Notes: a model not told the origin generated them from the sequence alone. A stretch of DNA of 64,000 nt from Bacteroidales bacterium (GCA_046546095.1 JBKGYK010000002.1:2975-66974); one strand, 5' to 3'; shown: positions 35,513 to 45,811, counted from the first letter of the stretch. A program made the numbers and translations.

Positions 35513-37213
35513 ATGATGTTGAAAGAAATTGTAAACACGAGAGGGTTGAAAGGGGTGGCCATGCTTGTTGTAATGGTGGCTACAGTTCAAAACCTGATTG
35601 CACAATCCCGACCTGATTATGCCCCCCCGCTCAATATCCCCATGGTCATGTCCGGCAGCTTTTGTGAATCCCGATCCGAACATTTTCACACCGGCATTGA
35701 TATTAAAACACAGGGAGTCGTCGGTCACACACTGCATTCTATTGCGGATGCCAGACTGTACAGGATGAAAATCCGTGCCGGTGGCTACGGGAATGCCCTC
35801 TATCTGCGCAATGCAGATTCTACCATCACCTTATACGGCCATATGCATCGTTTTCGTGATGATATTCAGGAATTTGCCAGACATTTGCAATATCAGAATG
35901 AATCCTGGTTTCTGGATACCATCTTTGAACAAAGTGTTTACACCTTCAAAAAAGGAGAAATCATTGGTTATGCCGGCAATTCCGGTCGATCAGGCGGACC
36001 GCATCTGCATTTTGAAATACGTTTGCCTCCGGATCAAAATGTTATCGACCCACAACAATTCTGGTACTTCAAAGATGACATCCCACCGGAGTTTCGTAAA
36101 CTCGCGTTTTATGATCTGGATGCAGACCACAAAACGGAAGCCGAAAGATCCTTTTTGCGGCCGGCCGGTGAAGTGAAAGACCGAAGCATACGGCTTGAGG
36201 CCGGCAATTGGGGAATCGGCACTGAAATCATGGACAGAATGAATGGTACCTACAACCGGTATGGCATCATTGAACTTGTGATGAGGCTTGATGGTGATAC
36301 CGTTTATCATTCCCATATCAAAGAGTTTCCATGGAAATATCAGAAATACACGGAAGCATGGTTTGATGCATACTATCTTGAAACAGAGAAAATCCATGTG
36401 CAGCGCTGCTTTCGGGAAAAAGGCAACCATGCAATGATGTTTGAGCAACTAAGGGACGACGGTATCATAAAACTGGCAGCCGGTGAAAGAAAAAATGTCG
36501 AAATTACTGCCCGCGACGGAGCAGGAAACTGGTCATCTTTTGCTTTTACTATTCTGGGAGTGGAAAATACCAGATCCGGCTTGCAGGAAGGCAAACTGCT
36601 GAGTACCGGAAAATCCGCCACACTACCTTTCGAAGGTGCATTTGTATACCTGCCTGCTGGTGCACTCTACCGCGATACACACATAGATGTTTCCTGCAGG
36701 AGAAACGCCGCAGGAGAAATTGAAGGATGGGATTTCAGGGATCATTACTATGCATTTATGGAAGCTTTTTCTTTTTCGGTTGATGGCTCTGCGGTGCCCT
36801 CCGAATACAGGAATCGTACGGTACTGATAAGAGAGCGCAATGATGATGAATCCTGTTTGCTGGGATACTGGCAGGGGCCTTATTACACTGTAAAAACCGA
36901 TGAGGCCGGTTTCTTTTCTTTAGATGTGGATACGGTTTCACCGAAATTGTCTGGAAGTCGCATGCGGGACAGTGCCAGTTTTGTAGGACATACCAGTATA
37001 CAGTACAGAGTCTCAGAGGAATTGTCCGGCCTGGATACATACAACGCATGGATAGACGGCAAGTGGGTGTTGCTGGAACATAAGTCCAAATCAGATAAAT
37101 TGATTTATAAATTTGACAATCATGTAACCAAAGGCCGCTGGCACAATTGGAAAATTCAGGTATCTGATGCTGCAGGCAATATCAGTGAAGATTCTGCGGT
37201 ATTTTATTATTGA
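35513..37213 (+). CDS. M23-family metallopeptidase with large C-terminal extension
   Basis: HxxxD (HFHTGIDI) and GNSGRSGGPHLHFEIR motifs with an N-terminal signal-like segment. Confidence 0.85.
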   Translation: MMLKEIVNTRGLKGVAMLVVMVATVQNLIAQSRPDYAPPLNIPMVMSGSFCESRSEHFHTGIDIKTQGVVGHTLHSIADARLYRMKIRAGGYGNALYLRNADSTITLYGHMHRFRDDIQEFARHLQYQNESWFLDTIFEQSVYTFKKGEIIGYAGNSGRSGGPHLHFEIRLPPDQNVIDPQQFWYFKDDIPPEFRKLAFYDLDADHKTEAERSFLRPAGEVKDRSIRLEAGNWGIGTEIMDRMNGTYNRYGIIELVMRLDGDTVYHSHIKEFPWKYQKYTEAWFDAYYLETEKIHVQRCFREKGNHAMMFEQLRDDGIIKLAAGERKNVEITARDGAGNWSSFAFTILGVENTRSGLQEGKLLSTGKSATLPFEGAFVYLPAGALYRDTHIDVSCRRNAAGEIEGWDFRDHYYAFMEAFSFSVDGSAVPSEYRNRTVLIRERNDDESCLLGYWQGPYYTVKTDEAGFFSLDVDTVSPKLSGSRMRDSASFVGHTSIQYRVSEELSGLDTYNAWIDGKWVLLEHKSKSDKLIYKFDNHVTKGRWHNWKIQVSDAAGNISEDSAVFYY

Positions 37214-37260
37214 TTTTTCACGCCTGGCAAATTGCCATGTAAGGATATCCTTATAATAGC

Positions 37261-38058
37261 TTATTGCTTATAATACTTCATTGCCTCAGGCATATTTTTC
37301 TTCATTTCTGCAATGCGTTTGTCATCAGCAGGATGTGTGCTTAAAAATTCCGGTGGTTTTGCACCGCTGTTTTCCATCATGCGCTCCCAGAAATTCACAG
37401 CTTCCTGTGGATTGTATCCGGCCATAGCCATAAATATCAATCCCAGCTTGTCAGCTTCATATTCATGCTTGCGGGAATACGGGAGCAATACACCTACTTG
37501 TGAACCAATTGCATAGGCACTCAGAAAAATTTGCCTGGTTTGGTCGGGTTTTGTTTCCATGTATTCTGATAATGCAATGCCTCCGGCCTGTATCATCAGT
37601 TGCTGAGACATCCGTTCGTTCCCGTGGCGTGCTACGGCATGGGCAATTTCATGCCCCATAACCACTGCTATGCCTGTCTCATTTTCACACAATGGTAAAA
37701 TACCACTGTAAAATACCACCTTACCGCCCGGCATACACCAGGCATTGACTATGTCGTTTTGTATGAGATTGAACTCCCAGTCAAATTGAGATATGCGATC
37801 CTCCATACCATTGTCCTGTAAAAATGTCTCCACTGAGGTAGAAATCTTTTTACCCGCGGTTTTTACCTGCTTTACATTCTGATGATTGTATGATGTCTGA
37901 TTTGTATCCAGAAACGCTGAATAATTACTGTAACTCATAGACAATAGTGATTCCTGGGGAACAAGTAGTACCTGCCTGCGATCGATCAGTGGTACTGTTG
38001 AACAGGCAACAAGGAATAAGATAAGCAGAGCATAAACAAATGAATTTTTATTTTTCAT
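37261..38058 (-). CDS. M48-family zinc metallopeptidase lipoprotein
   Basis: Lipobox LFLVAC, zinc motif HEIAHAV and a downstream E (EYEADKLG). Confidence 0.85.
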   Translation of the reverse strand: MKNKNSFVYALLILFLVACSTVPLIDRRQVLLVPQESLLSMSYSNYSAFLDTNQTSYNHQNVKQVKTAGKKISTSVETFLQDNGMEDRISQFDWEFNLIQNDIVNAWCMPGGKVVFYSGILPLCENETGIAVVMGHEIAHAVARHGNERMSQQLMIQAGGIALSEYMETKPDQTRQIFLSAYAIGSQVGVLLPYSRKHEYEADKLGLIFMAMAGYNPQEAVNFWERMMENSGAKPPEFLSTHPADDKRIAEMKKNMPEAMKYYKQ

Positions 38059-38962
38059 TGTCAGGTGCTTTTTTTATATGATACGCAAAATAGGAAAATT
38101 TGTATAGATCGAAGATGATTATTTTGGGGTAATTGCCTTTGAGATTGCGTTTCAATGCATTTCTGAAATGCCTGTAGCCGGCTTTCCACAGCCAAAGCAA
38201 TCCTGCCTTTCTTTGCTTTTCATAAAAATCCAGCAACCTGATGTAATGCTTGAAATCTTCGTCAAGTGATGGGTCATGATACAGCCTGATCAGGTTGTCA
38301 AGGGCTTTTTTGCTTTTTTCCAGAAAAACATCAGATGGTTCAAGGCCTGTGTGATACAGTGGATTGTCAATATGCTTTATCCTGATGTTCCGTTTCATCA
38401 AGTGATAGCCAAACAAACTGTCTTCATGACCATAACCAGGGATGCTTTCGGAAAAGCGAATCTCCTGAAAAACAGATTTGTCAATCAAAAAATGATGGGT
38501 GGTAAATTGCTGCCAGGGATTTTTATTGCGTTTTTCGGCACTGACAGTTTCTCTTGCACGTCCGTATTTCCATCGTAGCAATTTGTCCGGATCCGGCTTT
38601 TCTTTCTGATAGATGGTTCCGCCGCAACAAACTGTATTTTTTTCTGCAGCATCCAGGTATCTGGACAGAAAATCATCAGTCCGGGTTTCAGAATCGGCAT
38701 CAATAAATAAGAGATATTTGTGTTTTGACAGATCTGCCAAACGGTTACGTGCTCCGGCTCTGCCCAGATTTTTGTCGGATTTGTGAATGCTGATGTATTT
38801 GAGACCTGCAAATTTTTTGTAAACAGCTTGCATATCCTGTTCGGAATGATCATCGAACAAAATGATTTCTATAGCCTGATCGATTTCATCAGCCTGCTGC
38901 TCTAACTGAAATATCAGATATTCTGAAACATGGTTAAATATGGGTATGCAGATTGAAAGCAT
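38048..38962 (-). CDS. Glycosyltransferase family 2 protein
   Basis: LSICIPIFN at the N-terminus, FDDHS, and FIDADS (DxD) motifs. Confidence 0.8.
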   Translation of the reverse strand: MLSICIPIFNHVSEYLIFQLEQQADEIDQAIEIILFDDHSEQDMQAVYKKFAGLKYISIHKSDKNLGRAGARNRLADLSKHKYLLFIDADSETRTDDFLSRYLDAAEKNTVCCGGTIYQKEKPDPDKLLRWKYGRARETVSAEKRNKNPWQQFTTHHFLIDKSVFQEIRFSESIPGYGHEDSLFGYHLMKRNIRIKHIDNPLYHTGLEPSDVFLEKSKKALDNLIRLYHDPSLDEDFKHYIRLLDFYEKQRKAGLLWLWKAGYRHFRNALKRNLKGNYPKIIIFDLYKFSYFAYHIKKAPDNEK

Positions 38963-38964
38963 AG

Positions 38965-38988
38965 AAAAAGGGGCTGCATAACAGCCCC
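38965..38988 (-). terminator. Hairpin plus U-tract directly after the acidic lipoprotein gene
   Basis: The minus strand reads ggggctg-ttatg-cagcccc followed by ttttt. The U-tract ends 3 nt before the start codon of the next gene, so it may act as an attenuating intercistronic hairpin. Confidence 0.5.
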
Positions 38989-39013
38989 CCTGTTAATATG
39001 TGAGATTTGTCAT

Positions 39014-39370
39014 TTACATGTCAATATCACTCTCGGCTTCTTCAGTTTTTACCTGTTCTTTCTTTTCTAATTCAGGTACTTTAGCCTTGGTTTTTGAAGA
39101 TTTTTCCTCTTTGGAGCTTTTCTTTGTTACCTTATTTTCATTTTCGGTATCCTCCTTGTCTTCCGAAGTGGTTTCTCCTTCGTCAGTACTTTCATCATTG
39201 TTGGCTTCATCGGCATCATCCTTGGCTTCGTCGGCATCATCCTTGGCTTCGTCCTTTTGTTCTGTTTTGGTTTCATCCTTTGCCTCGTCCTTGGCTTCTT
39301 CATTATTGTTGCATGAAATTGCAAAGAGGCCGATCAAAGCGGCAAACATAAAAATTGATAGTTTTTTCAT
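39014..39370 (-). CDS. Highly acidic low-complexity lipoprotein
   Basis: Lipoprotein signal MKKLSIFMFAALIGLFAISC followed by a D/E/K-rich repetitive body (KDEAKDDADEAKDDADEA). The antisense 133-aa ORF is a mirror artefact. Confidence 0.7.
   Translation of the reverse strand: MKKLSIFMFAALIGLFAISCNNNEEAKDEAKDETKTEQKDEAKDDADEAKDDADEANNDESTDEGETTSEDKEDTENENKVTKKSSKEEKSSKTKAKVPELEKKEQVKTEEAESDIDM
39201..39254. repeat. 21-bp in-frame tandem repeat (about 2.5 copies)
   Basis: The unit ttggcttc(a/g)tcggcatcatcc is repeated and encodes (D)DADEAK units. Confidence 0.8.
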
Positions 39371-39469
39371 AGCGGTAAAATTTTGTTTTATTAGTTATTA
39401 GTTAACAGCATAAAATTACATGAAAATTCCGGAAAACCAAAATTATTTTGTGTAATCTCTGTAAGGGTA

Positions 39470-39506
39470 AGAAAAATGCAGAGACTTTTCGGAAAAGCCT
39501 CTGCAT
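39470..39506 (-). terminator. Rho-independent terminator after the tricorn-like protease gene
   Basis: Near-perfect palindrome atgcagag-a-cttttc-g-gaaaag-c-ctctgcat, with a U run on the minus strand. Confidence 0.65.
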
Positions 39507-39532
39507 CATGAGGGGAAACACCAATGATTATT

Positions 39533-42500
39533 TTACTCCTTGTCATTTCCGCTTTTGTCCGGGAAGTCCGGGATATCCGGAATTTGCGGTGGGTTTTCTT
39601 CGAGTTGTTTTTTAATAAGCTCAATGGCTTTATTGAGTTGTTGATCATTGCCCTGAAATTCTTTCCAGGGATCATTCCTTACCTCGATATCGGGTTCAAC
39701 ACCATGGCCTTCAATTATCCAGTCACTGCCGTCAGCAGCAAAATGAGCGAACTCGGGTTTGCGCATGGTACCTCCGTCAATGAAAGGCAGAGATCCGCGG
39801 ATACCCACAACGCCTCCCCAGGTACGTACACCTATGATGGTGCCAAGTTCATGCTTGCGGAACTGGTAAGGGAAAAGGTCTCCGTCCGAAGCAGAATACT
39901 GGTTCACCAGCAGTACCTTTGGTCCGACATGCATTCCACGGGGGCGTGTGCCCGGGTTGGGAACATTTCTGCCCATGCCCATCATGGCCAGCTCCCTGCG
40001 CAGCCGCTCAATAATCATAGGTGATACATTGCCGCCTCCGTTGCCTCTGTCATCAATGATCAGACCCTCTTTGGTGAGCTGTGGATAAAAGTGCTTGACA
40101 AATTCATTCAGCCCTTCGGTGACCATGTTTGGAACGTGAATGTAACCTACACGACCGTCAGTGGCCTCGTTTACCGTACGTATGTTCTCCTGTACCCACT
40201 CGTAATAGTACAGCTTTGCCTCGTCTTTGCTTGTTTCGATAATCAATTCGCGTGAGCCGTCGGCTTTGGGCTTGTCGTTGACTTCAATAAAAAGTTTTTT
40301 GCCACCATCACCCAGCATTAAGCTGTAAATATTGTCTGTTTCTTTGGTGGATTTACCGTTGATGGAGATGATATAATCTCCCTGACTGACATTTTTCCCG
40401 ATACCTGTAAGGGGAGCTGTATATTCGTCATGCCAGTTTTTGCCTTTCAACAGGTTGGTGATTTTGAAATAGCCGGATTTGTCTTTTTCAAATTCGGCAC
40501 CAAGCAGACCGGTGTAAATTTTGTCCGGAGTTTCCCGGTCACCGCCACCTACATAGGCATGCCCAACGTTGAGTTCACCAATCAGTTCACCAATCAGGTA
40601 GGTGAGGTCATTCCTGTGATTGACATAGGGCAACAATAAAGCATACTTGTCGTGCATAGCTTTCCAGTCCACACCATGCAATCCGGGATCGTAAAAGAAA
40701 TCACGCATCTGACGCCAGGCTTCATTGTAAATCTGCTCCCATTCTTTGTGCAGGTCTACCCAGATTTTCATGTCCGACATGTCAATTTCCTGATCAAGTT
40801 TGGGTTCAGATGAAGGCAGGTCTACAACATAATATTTGCCGGATTTGGAAATCAGCATCTTTTTGTTGTCATCTGATATTTCATAGCCCATGCCCGAGCC
40901 TAGCTCTTTGACTTCTTCTTTTTTAAAATCAAATAGTTTGAGCTCAGAATTGTGTTTTAGACGATACTGGTTGAAATACAACTTATTATCGGCAAAGTTC
41001 AGGTTCCAGTAAGAAGCGGGTTTCACCGGAAGTACGCCCAGACGATCCTGAATCCCATCTTTATCTACATTGATGGTTTTGTCCTCATCCTTTTCTTCTT
41101 CGCTGTTGTCAGTGTCTTTGATTTCTACCTCATCATTCTCCGGTGCCAGAGGATCCGGTGTTTCTGCTGCCAGGGTGAGATAGTATATTCTTGACATATC
41201 GCGGTAAGCATGGTTCCATTCTGTCTGGCTGTATATGGGGTTGAAATCACGATTGGATGTAAAAAACAGTAGTTTCCCGCAATCTGAAAATGCAGGATTC
41301 GATGAGTCGTACCATTCACTGGTGACCGGAATCTGGGATTTGTCTTTCAGACTGTAGAGATAAATACGGCTCATGCGGTTCTCATCAGCGTCAGCGTATG
41401 CAATCCATTTGCTGTCCGGTGACCATGTGTAATCACGGATTTCGTTATACCCTGAATTTGCCACTTCAGTGATTTTTCCGGCTTCCACATCGATGTAGCG
41501 CAGGCGGAGTTTTTTGTCACCCCACATGAGTTTTTTGCTGTCCGGTGACCAGATGAGGCTGTATGGATAGGTGTCCTGATTTTCAGTCAGTTGCTTTGGT
41601 GATTTTTCACCGTCTTTGTCCTGGAGATAAAGCTGGTATTCACCACTTTTGTCTGACCAATAAGCAATGTATTTGCCATCCGGGCTCCATACAGGTGACC
41701 TGTCATGTGCATCGTTGGATTCAGTCAGACGTGTGGTGAGACCCTGCTCTGCAGGCAATGTGAATATTTCTCCGCGCCCGCTGAGCACAACGCGTTTTCC
41801 ATCCGGTGAAAGAGTAACACCGCGCACATTATCGCTGGCATCTTTGTATGCCATGCGACTGTTCTCAAAGTCTTCGGCAATGCGTATCTTGATTTTGCTT
41901 ACTTCTGCGGAGGCAATATCATATCGGTGAATTTCACCACCTTTTTCAAATACAATGGAATTGTCATCGAAGCCGGGATATTTGATGTCATAGTTTGTGA
42001 AATCTGTGAGTTTCTCGCTTTCTTCACTTTCAAAGTCGTAGGCAAAGAGATTCATCGTGCGGTCACGATCTGAAATAAAATATACTTTATTTCCTATCCA
42101 CATGGGAATGATATCCTGCGCGTCATTTTTAAAAAGGCGTTTGGTGCTGTGGTCTTCAAAATCATGAAGCCAGATGTCATCAGCCATTCCTCCCCGGTAA
42201 AATTTCCATGTTCTGAATTCACGGAATACCCGGTTGTATACCATTTTACTGCCGTCTTTACTGAAGGAATTCCATGAACCCCGTGGTACTGGTAACTGCT
42301 CATGCATGCTGCCGTCAACAGGAGCTTTGAAAAGCTGCCCGACAAAGGAATTGAAGGATTTCATGCGCGAGCGAAACACCACATGTTTGCCATCGGGGGT
42401 CCATCCCATGACAATATTGTTGGGTCCCATACGGTCGGCAATGTCATCGCGGTCAAGGGTGGCTGTGTAGGTGATACGTTTGGGTTTACCACCTTCTGCA

Positions 42501-42772
42501 GGCATGATGTATACCTCTGTATTGCCGTCATACTGCGCAGTAAAGGCAATTTGTGACCCGTCGGGTGAGTAGTGCGGAAACATTTCATACCCTTCGTCGC
42601 TGGTAAGCCGGCGTGCTATTCCGCCATCAACCGTTGTGGTATAAAGATCGCCACCATAGGCGAAAACAATCTTGTCCTGATGTATGTCAGGGAATCGCAA
42701 CAGTTTGGTGTTTTGACTGAATAGGGGTGTGAACATAAATCCAGCCAGTAAGATGAGTAATGTTTTTTTCAT
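39533..42772 (-). CDS. Tricorn-protease-like S41 peptidase (PD40 beta-propellers + PDZ + S41 core)
   Basis: Signal peptide and repeated PD40-like motifs (SPDGSQIAF, SPDGKYIAYWSD, SPDSKWIAYAD). A PDZ-like segment precedes the C-terminal S41 core (LVNQYSASDGDLFPYQFR..VRTWGG). Confidence 0.9.
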   Translation of the reverse strand: MKKTLLILLAGFMFTPLFSQNTKLLRFPDIHQDKIVFAYGGDLYTTTVDGGIARRLTSDEGYEMFPHYSPDGSQIAFTAQYDGNTEVYIMPAEGGKPKRITYTATLDRDDIADRMGPNNIVMGWTPDGKHVVFRSRMKSFNSFVGQLFKAPVDGSMHEQLPVPRGSWNSFSKDGSKMVYNRVFREFRTWKFYRGGMADDIWLHDFEDHSTKRLFKNDAQDIIPMWIGNKVYFISDRDRTMNLFAYDFESEESEKLTDFTNYDIKYPGFDDNSIVFEKGGEIHRYDIASAEVSKIKIRIAEDFENSRMAYKDASDNVRGVTLSPDGKRVVLSGRGEIFTLPAEQGLTTRLTESNDAHDRSPVWSPDGKYIAYWSDKSGEYQLYLQDKDGEKSPKQLTENQDTYPYSLIWSPDSKKLMWGDKKLRLRYIDVEAGKITEVANSGYNEIRDYTWSPDSKWIAYADADENRMSRIYLYSLKDKSQIPVTSEWYDSSNPAFSDCGKLLFFTSNRDFNPIYSQTEWNHAYRDMSRIYYLTLAAETPDPLAPENDEVEIKDTDNSEEEKDEDKTINVDKDGIQDRLGVLPVKPASYWNLNFADNKLYFNQYRLKHNSELKLFDFKKEEVKELGSGMGYEISDDNKKMLISKSGKYYVVDLPSSEPKLDQEIDMSDMKIWVDLHKEWEQIYNEAWRQMRDFFYDPGLHGVDWKAMHDKYALLLPYVNHRNDLTYLIGELIGELNVGHAYVGGGDRETPDKIYTGLLGAEFEKDKSGYFKITNLLKGKNWHDEYTAPLTGIGKNVSQGDYIISINGKSTKETDNIYSLMLGDGGKKLFIEVNDKPKADGSRELIIETSKDEAKLYYYEWVQENIRTVNEATDGRVGYIHVPNMVTEGLNEFVKHFYPQLTKEGLIIDDRGNGGGNVSPMIIERLRRELAMMGMGRNVPNPGTRPRGMHVGPKVLLVNQYSASDGDLFPYQFRKHELGTIIGVRTWGGVVGIRGSLPFIDGGTMRKPEFAHFAADGSDWIIEGHGVEPDIEVRNDPWKEFQGNDQQLNKAIELIKKQLEENPPQIPDIPDFPDKSGNDKE

Positions 42773-43224
42773 AATAAAATGAATTTATAGGTTTATATGT
42801 CTTTCTTTTTTTCTATCTATGAAAATAGTTGTTTTTATTTAGATGGACAAGGGGTTTAACATAACTCTAACTTGCAATGCAATAATAGTAACAATGAACT
42901 AAGCTTTTCTGTTCTGCTATGCATGGATATTATCGAAGTATCTTTCCTGCAAATTTCAGATAAAATGAAAAGATGTCTTTATTGCTGTATCTTGCCGGAT
43001 ATAGCCTGACATGCAAGCACAGGACGCTGTTCGGGGGTTTGCAGGCAGAATCAGGAACCGGTGGACATAGGCCACAAGCAGGTATCAGCGATATTGTTTA
43101 ATCCTGGTTTTTTCTGCCATTTACCGGAATTATTCCCCCGTTCACCGATTCATCATTGAAAAGCCTGATACCGGAGCGTATGTTTGTCTCAGATTCAATA
43201 ATTTGTTTAATTTTAAATTTTGCA

Positions 43225-44013
43225 ATGATGAAAACAGAAAACAAGATGGAAGAAAGAAAATTCGGACACGATGGTAGAAAACATGAACATCATAAAGGTG
43301 AGATGAATATTGCCAAACGTGTGTTTATCGGCCTTGTGCTTGTAGGTGCAGGCCTGGTTTGGCTAGGGGCCAACCTGGGGTATATTGATTCGATAATCAG
43401 GGAATATGTAATTTCCTGGCAGTCATTGCTGATCGCCATTGGAATCATGGGTTTGCTGGGGCGAAAAAGCAATTTGTGGTTTAGCGTGGCCTTGATATTT
43501 ACCGGTGGCCTGTTTCTTTTTGCTAAATACAATGAGTTGCCTGTGGATGCAAATCTTGTGTTCTGGCCGATAATACTAATTCTTGTCGGTCTGGCATTTC
43601 TTACCAAAATAGGGAATATACAGAAGTTGCGTAAGGAAATGATCAGGAATGCTGTAGATGGAGATGTACTGGTTGACACCAACATTTTCGGGGGCAACAA
43701 ATTCAATGTAACCAGTCAGAATTTTCGTGGCGGGCAGATTACCTGTGTTTTTGGCGGATCGGAAATCGACCTTACCAATGCAGAGCTGGCGGAAGGAGAT
43801 CAGAAGCTTGAAATAAGCTGTATTTTTGGTGGCACCAAGCTCATTGTACCTGCCGACTGGGATGTGGTTGTCGATGTTACCGGCATTCTTGGTGGCGTAA
43901 CAGACCGACGGCATATTATGACGGACAAGTATGTGGATTATTCACGGCGCCTGCATCTTACCGGTGCATGTGTATTTGGAGGTGGCGAAATCATTTCTGT
44001 AGTCAGAAAATAA
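43225..44013 (+). CDS. LiaF-like / cell-wall-active-antibiotic-response-type membrane protein
   Basis: N-terminal 4-TM LiaI/LiaF-like region and a C-terminal beta-rich domain (FGGSEIDLTNA..IFGGTKLIVPADWDV..GILGGVTD). I chose ATG 43225 because the track start is a TTG. Confidence 0.7.
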   Translation: MMKTENKMEERKFGHDGRKHEHHKGEMNIAKRVFIGLVLVGAGLVWLGANLGYIDSIIREYVISWQSLLIAIGIMGLLGRKSNLWFSVALIFTGGLFLFAKYNELPVDANLVFWPIILILVGLAFLTKIGNIQKLRKEMIRNAVDGDVLVDTNIFGGNKFNVTSQNFRGGQITCVFGGSEIDLTNAELAEGDQKLEISCIFGGTKLIVPADWDVVVDVTGILGGVTDRRHIMTDKYVDYSRRLHLTGACVFGGGEIISVVRK

Positions 44014-44021
44014 GAAAAATT

Positions 44022-45065
44022 ATGCTGCATCCTCTGTTTCAGCGATCAAAGCATGTACTTTATTATTTTGCTACCTGGATAATACCGGCAGCCATACATT
44101 TCCTGTCGATGCACAATTTATTGCAGGTGCCGGCAGGAAATGCCCTCTTGGATACCGGCATAAGTATCGTTCTTTATGCGGTAATGGGCTTGAGCCTGTG
44201 GTATCTTACATACGGCATTGTTCCGGGTAAGCAGCACTTTGTGAGTTTTCTGGGAAAACATTTTTTTGGTATGATGGTGTTTATCTTTGTATGGCTGATG
44301 CTTAGCGAGTTGATTTATTACCTGTTTACCGGCAGCAGGATACAGGAAATGACTGAAGGTATCCGGCTTTATAAGGTTCTGGAAGGCAGTTTGTTTTACT
44401 TTATCCTGATTACCATGTATTATGTGATGAGCTATCATCAGGATATGAAGGAGCGGGAGATCAGGCAGGTGAACCTGGCCCGAAATCTGCGTGAAGCTGA
44501 ACTAAAAGTTCTGAAAAGTCAGATCAATCCGCATTTTTTATTCAATAGCCTGAATTCAGTGGCATCGCTTAGCGTTACAGCACCTGAACGTGCCAGAAGC
44601 ATGATTGTACGCTTGTCTGATTATATGCGCTATTCCCTGAAAACAAGTCCGGATGATATGACAGAGTTGGAAAATGAAATAGAAAACTGCCGGCGTTATC
44701 TGGAAATTGAGCAGGCCAGATTTGGAGAAAAACTTCGCTTCGGTTTTGATGTTCCTCCAAAGTGCAAAAGCATAAAAATTCCCGTACTTTGCCTGCAGCC
44801 TTTGTATGAAAATGCAGTTAAGCATGGTGTGTACGAAAGCGATGATCTTGTTGAGATAGAGACAGCCATTGATTGCAGCGAACAATTTCTGCATATCAGG
44901 ATTGCAAATGATTATGACCCGGAAGCTCCGGTCAGAAAAGGAGAGGGCATCGGCATCAGTAGTGTTCGTAAGAGACTGAATTTGTTGTATGATGCCGGCG
45001 GATTACTTAAAACAAACAAAGCTGATGGTGTATTTATTGTTGATTTGTACATTCCAAAATCCTAA
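44022..45065 (+). CDS. LytS/YehU-type sensor histidine kinase
   Basis: The N-terminal half has 4 TM segments. The LytS-type His_kinase motif LKSQINPHFLFNSLNSV is present, with a C-terminal ATPase (ENAVKHG, GEGIGISSV). Confidence 0.85.
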   Translation: MLHPLFQRSKHVLYYFATWIIPAAIHFLSMHNLLQVPAGNALLDTGISIVLYAVMGLSLWYLTYGIVPGKQHFVSFLGKHFFGMMVFIFVWLMLSELIYYLFTGSRIQEMTEGIRLYKVLEGSLFYFILITMYYVMSYHQDMKEREIRQVNLARNLREAELKVLKSQINPHFLFNSLNSVASLSVTAPERARSMIVRLSDYMRYSLKTSPDDMTELENEIENCRRYLEIEQARFGEKLRFGFDVPPKCKSIKIPVLCLQPLYENAVKHGVYESDDLVEIETAIDCSEQFLHIRIANDYDPEAPVRKGEGIGISSVRKRLNLLYDAGGLLKTNKADGVFIVDLYIPKS

Positions 45066-45068
45066 GAC

Positions 45069-45794
45069 ATGAAAGTATTGATTGTTGATGATGAAAAACC
45101 AGCCCGTGATTTGCTGAAGCTATATTTGTCTGCAATGAAGGATGTTGAAATTGGCGGAGAGGCAGCCAACGGATTTGAAGCCATGAAAGCCATTGCAGAT
45201 ATTCAGCCGGATCTTGTTTTCCTGGATATACAAATGCCGAAACTCACCGGTTTTGAAATGCTGGAACTTTTGGATAATCCTCCAGCAGTGATTTTTACCA
45301 CAGCATATGACGAGTATGCATTGAAAGCTTTCGAAATCAATGCTGTGGACTATCTGATGAAGCCTTTTGACCAGGAGCGTTTGACGGAAGCCGTAGAAAA
45401 ATTCAGAGAACGTAAATTGACTTCTGACGCCCTGAGCCGCTTGAAAAGATATCACGATGAGCATAAGGACCAACTGGACAGGATTGTTGTAAAAAAGGGC
45501 AGGGCCGTGCGGATTTTGCAGGTCAGTGAGGTCATTTTCCTGACCGCCGAAGATGATTATGTGATGATTTACACCGAACATGACAGATATCTGAAATCAA
45601 AGACTATGAAGTATTTTGAGCAACATCTGCCTCCGCATTTTATCCGGATTCACAGGAGCTACATTGTTAATTTGCATGCAATTGAGACAATTGAACCATA
45701 CAAAAAAGATGTACTCAGTTTGAAAATGAGTAATGGAATGCACCTGCATACCAGCAAAAGTGGTGCATCAAGACTACGTAACATGCTAAAGTAG
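45069..45794 (+). CDS. LytTR-family response regulator
   Basis: Receiver domain (VLIVDDE, DLVFLDIQMPKLTG) plus a LytTR DNA-binding domain (FIRIHRSYIVNL). Confidence 0.9.
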   Translation: MKVLIVDDEKPARDLLKLYLSAMKDVEIGGEAANGFEAMKAIADIQPDLVFLDIQMPKLTGFEMLELLDNPPAVIFTTAYDEYALKAFEINAVDYLMKPFDQERLTEAVEKFRERKLTSDALSRLKRYHDEHKDQLDRIVVKKGRAVRILQVSEVIFLTAEDDYVMIYTEHDRYLKSKTMKYFEQHLPPHFIRIHRSYIVNLHAIETIEPYKKDVLSLKMSNGMHLHTSKSGASRLRNMLK

Positions 45795-45811
45795 TTGCCG
45801 GAAATAAACTA

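Noticed and set aside
39000-39401. 133-aa plus-strand Ser-rich ORF
   Set aside because: It is a mirror image of the acidic lipoprotein gene, because GAN/AAG codons read as Ser/Leu in antisense. The minus-strand frame has a proper lipoprotein signal peptide.
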